Shown one piece after another: positions 11,546 to 22,998 of a DNA stretch of 33,007 nt (position 1 is its first letter; each line of letters begins with the position of its first letter). The notes under the pieces are model-generated. The model worked only from the letters and a program-made list of their open reading frames with translations. It did not search any database and was not told the origin of the DNA. The DNA comes from Octopus sinensis (taxonomy: Eukaryota), in the NCBI RefSeq assembly GCF_006345805.1, contig NW_021832064.1, positions 1 through 33,007 on the forward strand. The letters run 5' to 3'. A program made the position numbers and the translations under genes.

Positions 11546-11814
11546 ATATATATATATAATATATATATATATAAGAAAATGGAGGAACAGATTCCTTTCA
11601 ATCATCGACTTACAGATAATACCAATTCATATTATTTATTAACTACTTAAATAGGAACGTCCAAATCCAACAGAATAAAACAATATACATCAATAAGTAA
11701 GATAATGCCATAAAAATAATACACATAAAATGGATGTATATATATCAGTAACAGAAAGGGAGGAATTTCGATTATCCCGCGTAGTAAGTTGTAATATATA
11801 TTAAAAATTCAAGA

Positions 11815-13255
11815 AGTCTCCTTAGTGATTTGTGTTGCATTTTGCATTTGATGAGTTTATGAGGTTTCAGGATGTTGTTTATTTTGGGGTTTCAACTTAG
11901 AAAAGGGAGGTTTTGCACAATAGTGTTGCATGCATCGTTGTGTCTAGGATTGTGGGTTGATATATACAGTAGTGTTTTAAGATGAGGTGTGGTGTTATCC
12001 TATGTTGGTCTTAGTGTTTTTATGTCTAATTTCTTGGGACGCATAATTCCCTCGTCTATAAGTGAGGGCGGATATTGTCTTACAGTAAGCGTTGTTTTGA
12101 GGTCTTGAAGACGAAGGTCCCCTGTAGTTCTATCAGACACTATTGTGAAAATCCTTTTTGCCAAATTAAGGAGGATAATTATTTTGATGTGATTCGGGCG
12201 GCATGAGCTAAAGAGGAGATATTGTTTCGATTCCGTTGGATTATGATAAATGTCAGTTATAATTTGGTTGTTGACTTTTTTTATCATGATATCGAAAAAT
12301 GGGAGCTGTGAATTGAATGTTAATATTTATATCATTTAGTGCTGATTTGAAGTTCAAAAGTTTGTCAATGGTCTCCTTCCAAACGATAAAGCAGTCATCC
12401 GGGTATGTTTTCCAGCTTTCTCTTACGTAATGGTGAAATGGATAACCATATTTTTGAAGTGACACTTCATATATTCTTTTACTTGTTCCAGTTATTTGAC
12501 TGCGGCCATGCTGGAGCACCGCCTTTAGTCGAGCGAATCGACCCCATGACTTATTCTTTGGAAGCCTAGTACTTATTCTATCGTGCTCTTATCCCGAACC
12601 GCTAAGTTACGCTGACGTAAAAACACCAGCGTCGGCTGTCAAGCGATGTTTGGGGGGACAGACACATACACACACACACACAACACACACACACACACGC
12701 ACACACATATATATACATATACACATATATACGATGGGCTTCTTTCAGTTTCCGTCTACCAAATCCACTCACAAGGCTTTGGTCGGCCCGAGGCTATAGC
12801 AGAAGACACTTGTCCAAGGTGCCACGCAGTGGGAATGAACCCGGAACCATGTGGTTGGTAAGCAAGCTACTTACCACACAGCCACTCCTGCGCCTATATG
12901 GTGAATTCAAAACAATTCATTATCAGGTTCGCACGAACAGGGGCTGCTTTTGTTCCATTGCAATTCCGCATTTTTTACGATAGTATGTGTCATCAAATGG
13001 GAAATAATTGTTCTCAACTATAATTTTTAAAGATTCGATAATAAAGATCTGATTTATGCGTTCCGGGAGTACCTTCCAATCAGAATTTGATTGCTTTTAT
13101 TCCATAGTCATGTGGGATGTTGGTGTAAAGATTGATAATATCGAAGAAAACCAATAATGCCTCTTTGTTAACTAAATCGTCTCCAATGAAACTTTTGGAG
13201 TATTTCAGCAAGGGTTTCAGTAGAATGCCTAGAAAATTGATTTGGTGGCGCGATT
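11815..13255 (-). pseudogene. Penelope-like element reverse transcriptase relic (split by a SINE)
   Basis: Minus-strand translation gives LLVFFDIINLYTNIPHDYG (motif A), ENNYFPFDDTYYRKKCGIAM/TKAAP (motif B), WKTYPDDCFIVW (degenerate YLDD), IITDIYHNPTESKQYLLFSSC (PLE thumb) and YISTHNP...KCKMQHKSLRRLL (linker). No GIY-YIG domain is retained. Confidence 0.9.
12475..12894 (-). mobile_element. SINE family B inserted into the PLE RT, TSD TATAT
   Basis: Reverse complement of 7343-7750. TATAT lies at 12470-12474 and 12895-12899. Excising the SINE restores the frame ...FEFTIYEVSLQKYG. Confidence 0.92.
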
Positions 13256-13714
13256 CGAAAAATACAGAACACGTCTAAAAATGCACGCATAACCAACTTT
13301 GATCACTTTACATATTTTAATTCACGATTACATACCCATCGCTATACATATTTCTCCCCACTAATCCAGTTTTCGAATTTTTGTGTATATATATACTCCT
13401 CCACCACAGAAATCTGAACAGTTATCTCCCCTACCCACAATAATCACGATAAACAATTACGTCACTTAGTATTTTTTTTACTTCCCGTTACATTTTTCTT
13501 CTTGTTGAATCATTCACTCAAAAGTTCCACACACAATATAGACCAAAAATTTCTTAAAATACTTATTTACATAAACTTTAATGTCATGAATAGCGAAAGC
13601 CAAACCGGACAAACACAACACAAGATTCATTAAAATTTAATTTAAACTATATAAAATGTGTGCATTTTCCTTCTTTAATTTCTTATATATATATATAGGT
13701 ATATACACATACAG

Positions 13715-13732
13715 TGTATATTGGTATATATA

Positions 13733-13811
<79 letters not shown>

Positions 13812-14271
13812 AGTGGAATGTAATGACTAATGTCTTAAAATATGTGCGCGAAGACCACATCGGAAAGAAATATTTCATAGCGAAGGAGACGAATTAAAAA
13901 TGTATATATATGTACATTTATGTCCGGTTGTAAAGTTGCATCAGTGAGCTTCTGACCCGAGTGTTTCATGCAATGCACCGAAAGCTAAATGCACGAAAGT
14001 CTTGGCCCTGAGTCCCTTACTTAACTTTACAGCCCCACAACATCTCTCTACCCATCTATCGGTTTATCAATATGTGCGTGACTACGTAGGCACACGCGCA
14101 CGCATGAATATCTATATCTCTCTATCTCTCTATCTATCTATCTCTCTATCTATCTATCTATCTATCTTTTTGTCTCTCTCTGTCTGTCTGTCTGTCTGTC
14201 TCTCTATCTCTCTCTCTTTCTCTCTCTCTCTCTTTCTCTCTCTCTTCCTCTCTCTCTCTCTCTCTCTATAC

Positions 14272-14332
<61 letters not shown>

Positions 14333-14357
14333 AGAGAGAGAGAGGAGAGAGAGAGAG
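13715..14357. repeat. Compound (TA)n/(GA)n/(CTAT)n/(CT)n microsatellites
   Basis: Directly visible at about 13715-13810 and 14110-14357. Confidence 0.9.
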
Positions 14358-14469
14358 ATTTATCATATCAAAGAGAAATGGAAATTAATTAAAATTTACA
14401 TTTCCAGTGGTCTAACGTGTGAAAACTGAGTCCAAAAGACTATATATTAGTCATAAGATACTGTGTACA

Positions 14470-14740
14470 TTTAAACACGAGGAATCCATTCATAGGAATT
14501 CAACACGCTAGAAAGAACAGCTAGGTTCTTTAACCACAAAAATTAGGGATAAAATTGGACAGGAGCGAAATGAAAACTAAAAACATTTTACCATCTAGTT
14601 TCCTGGACAAATTGTCTTCTGATTTTATTTTAGCGGGTAAAAGAACTCGCCTGTCGAATTTTATCCCTAATTTTTGTGGTTATAGAACGTAGCTGTTCTT
14701 TCTAGCGTGTTGAATCATATGAGTGGATTCCTCATGTGTT

Positions 14741-14744
<4 letters not shown>
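14470..14744. mobile_element. MITE with about 93-bp TIRs
   Basis: Arms 14470-14563 and 14650-14744 are reverse complements (ttaaacac..gaggaatcca.tcata.gaattcaacacgctagaaagaacagcta.gttct.taaccacaaaaattagggataaaatt.gacagg). Both ends finish in TTTAAA. Confidence 0.85.
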
Positions 14745-14786
<42 letters not shown>

Positions 14787-14797
14787 TCTTATATATA

Positions 14798-15193
14798 CGC
14801 GCAGGAGTGGCTGAGTGGTAAGTAGCTTGTCTACCAACCACATGGTTCAGTCCCACTGCGTGGCACCTTGGGCAAGTGTCTTCTACTATAGCCTCGGGCC
14901 GACCAAAGCCTTGTGAGTGGATTTGGTAGACGGAAACTGAAAGAAGCCCGTCGTATATATGTATATATATATATATGCGTGCGTGTGTGTGTTTGTGTGT
15001 CTGTGTTTGTCCCCCTAGCATTGCTTGACAACCGATGCTGGTGTGTTTACGCCCCCTCACCTAGCGGTTCGGCAAAAGAGACCGATAGAATAAGTACTGA
15101 GCTTACAAAAGAATAAGTCTCGGGGTCGAGTTGCTCGATTAAAGGCGGTGCTCCAGCATGGCCGCAGTCAACTGACTGAAACAAGTAAAAGAG
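14798..15193 (+). mobile_element. SINE family B
   Basis: Colinear with 7343-7750, with a small deletion in the head. Confidence 0.9.
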
Positions 15194-15672
15194 TATATAT
15201 ATATATATTCATCTACTTATCTATTTTATCAACTATTTATTTAGTACCACATTCATCCCGTTTACGCACCTCATAGCTACCATATATACGAGCGTGTGTG
15301 GGAGAACGCGTGTGTGGGAGAACGCGTGTGTATACGCGTGTGTGCCTGTCTGTGTGTGTATGTGTGTGAATTCACTATTTCCTTCTCCAATTTCCTTCAT
15401 TTCCTTTTTTTCAGACATAAATTTATTCATCATCAAATCCCCTTCAACCCAATACTTACTTCCTTCCCCTCATCCCGCCTCCCCCTCTCTCTCCCAACGC
15501 CACACATCCATTTCCAAGTTTATTTATGTGTTTGTAAGCGTTTGTGTATGTGTGTGTGTGCGTGTGTGTGGATGTATGTGTCTGTATGTGTGTGTACATG
15601 CGTATGGATAGACCGATGAAGGCTTTCAGGCCGGAACTTCGAAGTTACTGTCTCCCTACTTCTTTTTACAAA

Positions 15673-16078
15673 TCTATTAGATAAAATCCGTTCTGTCTGT
15701 CTGTCTGTCTGTCTGTGTCTTCTAGGATCTCGGGCATCCTCCATCTGATTGCGCTCAAATTTGATATGTAGATACCGACGGTACCAGGGCGTGTATAAGT
15801 CTTGAAAAAATTACAAAAATCGATTCCAGGTGAGAATGCGATCGACTACTGATACTTTAACTCTTCGGTTGCATATTTGTGTGAATAAAATCGTTTTTCT
15901 TTGGAATAGAAAAAAAGCCTATCTTTATTTCTTCTTTCGCTGGTGTCTCAAATTTAGGTTAAATCAGTGTTTCTCAAATGGGAGGCCCATGGGACGGTCG
16001 GACAAGTTGTTTTGAGAAAATTTGATTTAAACGTTTGACAACTCAGCACCGTCCATTGGACGGGGGGCGTTTTGCTGG
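15673..16078 (+). mobile_element. Non-autonomous Helitron-like element
   Basis: 5' end A|TCTATTAGATAAAA followed by (CTGT)n. 3' hairpin ccgtcc-att-ggacgg (16049-16063), then CTGG|T. A second copy lies at 28546-28840. Confidence 0.7.
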
Positions 16079-16210
16079 TGTCTAATTAAGATGTATGCTA
16101 TTAAAAACTATTAAGTCATTCTTCAACTTGTTTTTCTTTTTACTTTTTTCATCTATATAACTTAACATAGAGACCAACCTAAGAAAACAATGAATTGCTA
16201 GGTACGATAT

Positions 16211-16810
16211 ATGACAACTGGCAGAAACGTTAGCACGCCGGGCGAAATGCTTAGCAGTATTTCGTCTGCCGCTACGTTCTGAGTTCAAATTCCGCCTAGG
16301 TCGACTTTGCCTTTCATCCTTTCGGGGTCGATTAAATAAGTACCAGTTACGCACTGGGGTCGATATAATCGACTTAATCCGTTTGTCTGTCCTTGTTTGT
16401 CCTCTCTGTGTTTAGCCCCTTGTGATAGGTAGTAAAGAAATAGGTATTTGGTCTGCAGTTACGTTCTGAGTTCAAGTTCCGCCGAGGTCGACTTTGCCTT
16501 TCATCCTTTCAGGGTCGAGAAATTAAGTACCAGTTACGCACTGGGGTCGATGTAATCGACTTAATTCGTTTGTCTGTCCTTGTTTGTCCCCTCTGTGTTT
16601 AGCCCCCTTGTGGGTAATAAAGAAATAGGTATTTCGTCTGCCGTTACGTTCTGAGTTCAAATTCCGACGAGGTCGACTTTGCCTTTCATCCTTTCGGGGA
16701 CGTTAATTAAGTACCAGTTACGCACTAGGGTTGATGTAATCGATTTAATCCCTCTGTCTCTCGTTGTTTCTCCCCTCTATGTTTAGCCCCTTGTGGGCAA
16801 TAAAGAAATA
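16211..16810 (+). mobile_element. SINE family A with three tandem internal units of about 185 bp
   Basis: The unit start gtattt occurs at 16257, 16444 and 16629. Only the first unit carries the head. Confidence 0.9.
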
Positions 16811-16811
16811 C

Positions 16812-16846
<35 letters not shown>

Positions 16847-16879
16847 ACTGCTTGTGTATGTATGCGGGAAAGAATGGGA

Positions 16880-17858
16880 CACTGTGAGGGAAATAGAGCG
16901 AGAGAGAGAGAGAGAGAGAGAAAGAAAGAGAGGGGGAGTGAAAGCGGGGCAATGTGAGGGAAATAGAGCGAGAGAGAGAGAGAGAGAGAGAAGAAAGAGA
17001 GGGGGAGTGAAAGCGGGGCAATGTGTGTTATGAATGAAAGAAGAGGGAAGGATACGGAAGAACGCGAATAAGTTAACGAGTCGAAGAAGAGAGGTGCAGG
17101 GGGGGGGGGACATCTTGTATATTTGTTTTTGCCAGAGTATGGTGTGTGTGTGTGAGGGTATATGTATATGTGTGCGTGTGTATGTGTATGTATGCACGTA
17201 GATGCTTATGTATGCATGTATGTGTGTATGTATGTGTGTGTATGTATGTGTGTATGTATGTATGTATGTATGTGAGTGTGTATGTGTGTATGCATGTATG
17301 TGTGTATGTGAGTGTGTATGTGTGTATGTATGTATGTATGTATGTATGTATGTATGTATGTATGTGTGTGTATGTGTGTATGTATGTGGCTGCAGAGAGG
17401 TGAATGTGTGTGTTTTTGTGTTGATGTGTGAGGAGAAACGTGTGTGAGTGTATGTATGTTTTCCTGTGTGTGTGTGTGTGTGAGTGAGAAATAGAGAAGA
17501 GTATGTGGATAGGTAGGGGTGGAGATATAAGGTGTGTGTGTTTGAGAGAGTGGGGGAGAGAGAGAAAGAGAGTAAAGGAGAGACAGACAGGCGATCAGAC
17601 TGGCAGACATATCGGCGATAACTGTGCTGATGGCGAAATTCTATAAAGTTGAAGAAAGCAGTCAGGGCGAGAAGAAGAAGAAAGTTGAAAGGAATTGGGG
17701 AGGGGTGGGGATATAAGAGGGGGGTAGGGAGTGAAAGTGAGAAGATGAGAGAGAGGATAATAAGAAATGAGAAATTGAGAGAGAGTGAGAGAGAGAGAGA
17801 GTAAGAAGAGATAGAGGTGACAGGGAGAAGAGATTAATGAATTGATAGATAGATAGAA

Positions 17859-17943
<85 letters not shown>

Positions 17944-17962
17944 GATAGATGGATAGATAGAG

Positions 17963-18005
<43 letters not shown>

Positions 18006-18006
18006 C

Positions 18007-18049
<43 letters not shown>

Positions 18050-18126
18050 AGAGTGACAGGCAGAGAGAGATAGGCAGACATAGAGAGATAGGCAGACAGA
18101 CAGAGAGACAGACAGATCGATCGATC

Positions 18127-18159
<33 letters not shown>

Positions 18160-18565
18160 GAGAGAGAGACAGAGAGAGAAAAGAGTGAGGAAAGAAAGGA
18201 AGAGAGGAACAGAGACAGAGAGAGAAAGATAGACAAAGATGCAAGGTAATACAGACAAATCAATAGATTGACTCATCGATTGATCGATCGGTAGAACGAT
18301 GGAAACACAGACAGATTAGTAGCTCAACAGACACAGCTTGCTTGATAAATAGCAAGCTAGAGAGAGAGAGCGGGAGAGAGAGTGAGTGAGGGGGAGAGAT
18401 AGATAGATACATAGATGGATAGACTGAGAGAGAGAGAGAGAGATTGACTGATTAATTGATCGAGTGAGTGATTGATTTATTGACTGAGTGACTGATTTAC
18501 AAATCGACGACAGCAGACAGACAGATAGATATTATGTAGATAGATAGGTATGTGTGTATATTATA

Positions 18566-18596
<31 letters not shown>

Positions 18597-18692
18597 GTGG
18601 TGTGTGTGTGTGTGTGTGGTATATCGATAGATAGATGATAGATAGTAGATAGATAGATAGATAGATAGATATGTATGTAATAGATATGTATG

Positions 18693-18737
<45 letters not shown>

Positions 18738-18745
18738 TGAGAAAG

Positions 18746-18796
<51 letters not shown>

Positions 18797-18830
18797 GATA
18801 GATAGATAGATAGACAAACAGACAGAAAGA
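16880..18830. repeat. Long simple-repeat block: about 65-bp GA-rich tandem duplication, (TG/TATG)n, (GATA)n, (GA)n
   Basis: Directly visible, with long (GATA)n tracts at about 17845-18050 and 18750-18810. Confidence 0.9.
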
Positions 18831-19605
18831 GGATGGGAGAGGAGGGATAACTTGCTCGGTAGCTAGATAGATGTAGATATAGTTATAGATATATAAATAC
18901 ACGCACACACGTACACATAAAGTCGAAGAAATTGGAGAAGAGAAACGAGTTAGATTGTCAAAAGAAAATGAATAATGGACAGAGAGAGAGAGAGAGAGAG
19001 AAAGTGGGGGATAGAGAGAACTTAAGAGAGAGAGAGATAGAAAGACAGAGAAAGAGATAGAGAGAGTGTGTGTGTGTGAAGGAAAGTAAGAATGAAGAAT
19101 GGAAAAGACGAATGTTTGAATGCCAAGGAGAGAAAATATTAGAATTGGTGTTAAGAAGCCAGGTGAAGCGTGACTGGCTACAACTGCAATCAGGCAGCCG
19201 GAACCACGTTTTCTCTCTAAATGCAATCATGCATGTCTTGGCTATAGATGTACGTACGTGTGTTCGCGTGTCGATTCGTCTACGTGCGCGGGCGCGCGCG
19301 GGCGCGCGCGGGCGTGTGTGTGTGTGTGTGTGTGTGTGTTCGTGTGTGCGGTATATTATTGTGTGTGTGTGTCTAATGCTTATGTTTGTGTCTGTGTGTG
19401 TGAGTGTGTCTGTATGTCTGTTAGGTGTACGTTTTTCTCTTTGTGCGCCTGTGTGCGTGTGTTTCTTTCGCTATATGTGTGTGTTTGAGACTTTGTGTGT
19501 GTTTGCATATGTGTGTATATTGACTGCTTATGAGTGTTTCCATGTGCGTGTGTTCACGTTTGGGGTTTCTATGCGTATATCTACGTGCACATATGTATGT
19601 ATATA

Positions 19606-19645
<40 letters not shown>

Positions 19646-19660
19646 TTATTATATAGAAGG

Positions 19661-19711
19661 AGCTTCTACAGGACTAGAACTGTTTCATTCAAGAGAAATC
19701 TTCAGGAAGCT
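19661..19711 (-). ncRNA. Type I hammerhead ribozyme (mirror copy)
   Basis: Exact reverse complement of 20210-20260. Confidence 0.8.
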
Positions 19712-20209
19712 AGTTAACAAGAATTGTATTGGCATTTATATACATTTAGGCAGGTTTAAAGGGGTGTTGGTGGGGGACTTTTTGGGGGTAGGCATAGCGC
19801 AAAAATCATACTTGGGGGAGTGGTCAAGGAGTCAGTGTAAAATTAGATAGGAGAATAAATAAAAAATAAAAAATAAAAATAAAAATAAAAAATAAAAAAT
19901 AAAAAATAAAAATAAAAATATTTTATATTTTATTATTTATTATTTATTATTTATTATTTATTTTTTATTTTATATTTTATTATTTATTATTTATTTTTTA
20001 TTTTTTATTTTTTATTTTTTATTTTTTATTTTTTATTTTTTATTTTTTATTTTTTATTTTTTATTTATTCTCCTATCTAATTTTACACTGACTCCTTGAC
20101 CACTCACCCAAGTATGATTTTTTGCGCTATGCCTACCCCCAAAAAAGTCCCCCCCAACACCCCTTTAAACCTGCCTAAATGTATAAATGCCAATACAATC
20201 TTGTTAACT

Positions 20210-20260
20210 AGCTTCCTGAAGATTTCTCTTGAATGAAACAGTTCTAGTCCTGTAGAAGCT
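20210..20260 (+). ncRNA. Type I hammerhead ribozyme
   Basis: agcttc-CTGAAGA-tttc(tctt)gaat-GAA-ACAG(ttctagtc)CTGT-A-gaagct. Stem I is 6 bp, stem II is 3 bp plus U.U, stem III is 4 bp, and the GUA site predicts cleavage after 20254. AATAAA follows at 20271-20276. Confidence 0.8.
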
Positions 20261-20340
20261 CCTTCTATATAATAAATTAATTTTCTCTGCTATGTATTGA
20301 GTACCTTATTTACTGTGGTTAACCCGAATCAACCCGGGAC

Positions 20341-20351
20341 CTACATATATA

Positions 20352-20393
<42 letters not shown>

Positions 20394-21136
20394 GAATATA
20401 TATGTATATGTATGTGTATATGTCAATATATGTAAATATATATGTATATATGAATATATATATGTATGTATATATATATGTGTATATATGAATATATGTA
20501 AATATATGTGTATATATGAATATATATATATGTATGTATGTATATATGTATATATGTATATATGTAAATATATGTATATGTATGCATATATATGTATATA
20601 TATGTATATGTATGTGTGTATATGTGTGTATGGATATATATGTATGTATAAATATATGTATGTATATACATATATATGCATATGTATATGCATATGTATA
20701 TATATGCATATATATATATGTGTGTGTGTGTGTGTGTTTCGATATAGAAATGTATATGTGCGTGTGTGTGCAGCACATGCGTATGCGTGTGGCCCTGTGC
20801 CTGCGTATCCGTATGTGTGTCTACGCTTGTATCAATGCCTCTCTATTTCTATGTATGTATATCTCTACGTCTATATATACACGTGTGTGTATTTCAACAT
20901 ATTTCTTTATCTCTCTGCACTGGAGTGTACGTGTTTGAGTACATGTGTCTATAAGTGTGTATCTATATGCATGTGGTTTCCTGTGTGTATTTCTGTGTGT
21001 GTGTGTTTATCTATATGTGTGTGTACCCCTGATGTTTACATACGTATAAGCATGTGTTAATCATAGTACATTTATATATTTGCACATCTGTGTAGGCATA
21101 TATGTATATATCAATATATATATATATATATGTGTG

Positions 21137-21188
<52 letters not shown>

Positions 21189-21220
21189 TGTGGGTGTGTG
21201 TGTATTGATAGATAGATAGA
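20341..21220. repeat. TA/TG-rich simple-repeat block
   Basis: Directly visible. It generates the IY/YI/VC-repeat ORFs. Confidence 0.9.
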
Positions 21221-21223
21221 TAT

Positions 21224-21380
21224 GGGTATGTGATAAGGAGCTTGCTTCCTAACCACATTGTTGCGGGTTCAGTCCCACTGCGTGGCAACTTGAGCAAGTT
21301 TCTTCTACTATAGCTTCATGGAGACCAAAGCCTTGTGAGTGAAATTTGTAGACGGAAACTGAAAGAAACCCTTCTCATAT
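21224..21380 (+). mobile_element. SINE family B, diverged 5' half
   Basis: agcttgcttcctaaccacattgttgcgggttcagtcccactgcgtggcaacttgagcaag...gacggaaactgaaagaa. Confidence 0.75.
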
Positions 21381-21774
21381 ATATGTATATATATATATTT
21401 TCCAAATACGCCAGCTAAAACTAGTTGTACTGTCTATAGTCGTAAGACACCCGCTGTTTTTGTCCTGTTATTACTATTATTGTTTTTTGTATTTATATTC
21501 GTGTGGCATCGTTCGATTTTCTATCCTTGTTTCGTATACATTCGATCCTTTTTCCAAGAAATCTAATGCTCGTAGCTTAGTTTTTCTTTGGGGCTGGCCG
21601 GATCGGAGTGATCTCAAGATTAATCAGCCGAAATTGCGAGGATGTTCCGGTTCTTGACTGAAGATTGAAGGCTTCGAATGTCCCATCCGTGTTTTTTGTA
21701 TCGTCTTCTAAATGTTTTACGTTCTTGTCCCAGTTTGTATTTTTCTACATATAATATATGTATATATATATATA

Positions 21775-22998
21775 TTTCGTTCGTCCTCTTGTGTTTGTTT
21801 TTGTACATGTATTTTAATTTTGCAGTCTTATTGTTACGTCTTGTTTGTGTTCGTACTCATTGTGCCCCGCTGCTTGAAATTTTATTTTAATTCTCTCGCA
21901 GGAAGGCCTATTGGATTAGTGTTCTGTTATGCCTTCGAAACATGCCTGACTCCTCTAGCGACAGCTGATGACGGGGGTTTTGTCCTTGTGTAACCTGTCC
22001 TGTATTTGGTTTTCGTTTTCCGTTTTCTTGTTTTTTGTTTTTGGCTTTTTCTGTTTCTACGTCTTATTGTGATGTCCTGTACTTCCGTATAATTATTTAT
22101 TATGCATGTATATATACATGTAGATGTAGGTACGTACATATGTGGTATGTATGCATATTTTTTATTATCTCCTTATGTCTGACAGCGCCCCGCATCAGGT
22201 TCGTTCCGATTCGTCGTTTCGATCCACTTCTGGTCCCCTTTTTTTTTTATATTAATATTATTATATTGAAGATGCGGTACTCTCTCCCTTTGCTTTAACC
22301 TCTTCAATCTTTCTCCCTCCCCTCCTCCTCTCTCTTCGCCGCGTGTCCCCCTCCTCCTTCCCTCTTCCTTGCCTATAAAACAAAATTCCTTTACACGTGG
22401 TTACCACTATTGAAAAGACTGCCTCCACGCGCTGCTACTACACTTTCGTCCTTGCCAGCAAAAAGGCTTCTTCGTTCGTCCCCTTGTGTGGTTAATTCCT
22501 GTATAGTATTCTTGTTATTTTCTCGTTTTGTAACTAATTGTACTTTTTGTACATGTATTTTTATTTTTGCATTTTATTGTTTGTCTATGCCGAAAAAAGG
22601 CTTTTTCGTTCGTCTCTCTGTGTTTGTTTTTGTACATGTATTTTAATTTTGCAGTCTTATTGTTACGTCTTGTTTGTGTTCGTACTCATTGTGCCCCGCT
22701 GCTTGAAATTTTATTTTAATTCTCTCGCAGGAAGGCCTATTGGATTAGTGTTCTGTTATGCCTTCGAAACATGCCTGACTCCTCTATCGACAGCTGATGA
22801 CGGGGGTTTTGTCCTTGTGTAACCTGTCCTGTATTTGGTTTTCGTTTTCCGTTTTCTTGTTTTTTGTTTTTTGGCTTTTTCTGTTTCTACGTCTTATTGT
22901 GATGTCCTGTACTTCCGTATAATTATTTATATATGCATGTATATATACATGTAGATGTAGGTACGTACATATATGTTTGTATGTATGCATATATTTTT
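21775..22998. repeat. About 390-bp direct repeat pair (21775-22163 and 22604-22998)
   Basis: Near-identical sequences at 829-bp offset. The ORF-track peptides ending at 21993 and 22822 differ by one residue in the shared part. Confidence 0.9.

Larger units (their letters stand above)
19644..20277. mobile_element. Foldback palindrome (inverted copy joined head-to-head to a direct copy) carrying two hammerheads; probable PLE terminal-repeat derivative
   Basis: 19644-19920 is the reverse complement of about 19995-20277, differing mostly by homopolymer indels. The A-rich to T-rich switch is at 19920. Confidence 0.85.

Noticed and set aside
16211-16810. CRISPR-like array
   Set aside because: The units are about 185-bp SINE bodies without unique spacers, in eukaryotic context.
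19070-19717. 215-aa ORF and overlapping antisense ORF
   Set aside because: Only about 60 codons are non-repetitive, with no recognisable motif or convincing splice sites. The rest is (TG)n/(TA)n.
19530-19850. ORF running into the palindrome arm (…EGASTGLELFHSREIF…)
   Set aside because: It is the antisense of the ribozyme arm, and small indels between the arms disrupt the mirror frame.
21655-21690. CTGAAGA-ttgaaggcttc-GAATGTC
   Set aside because: The GAAA is broken, stem II would need a 1-nt loop, and there is no adjacent stem I.
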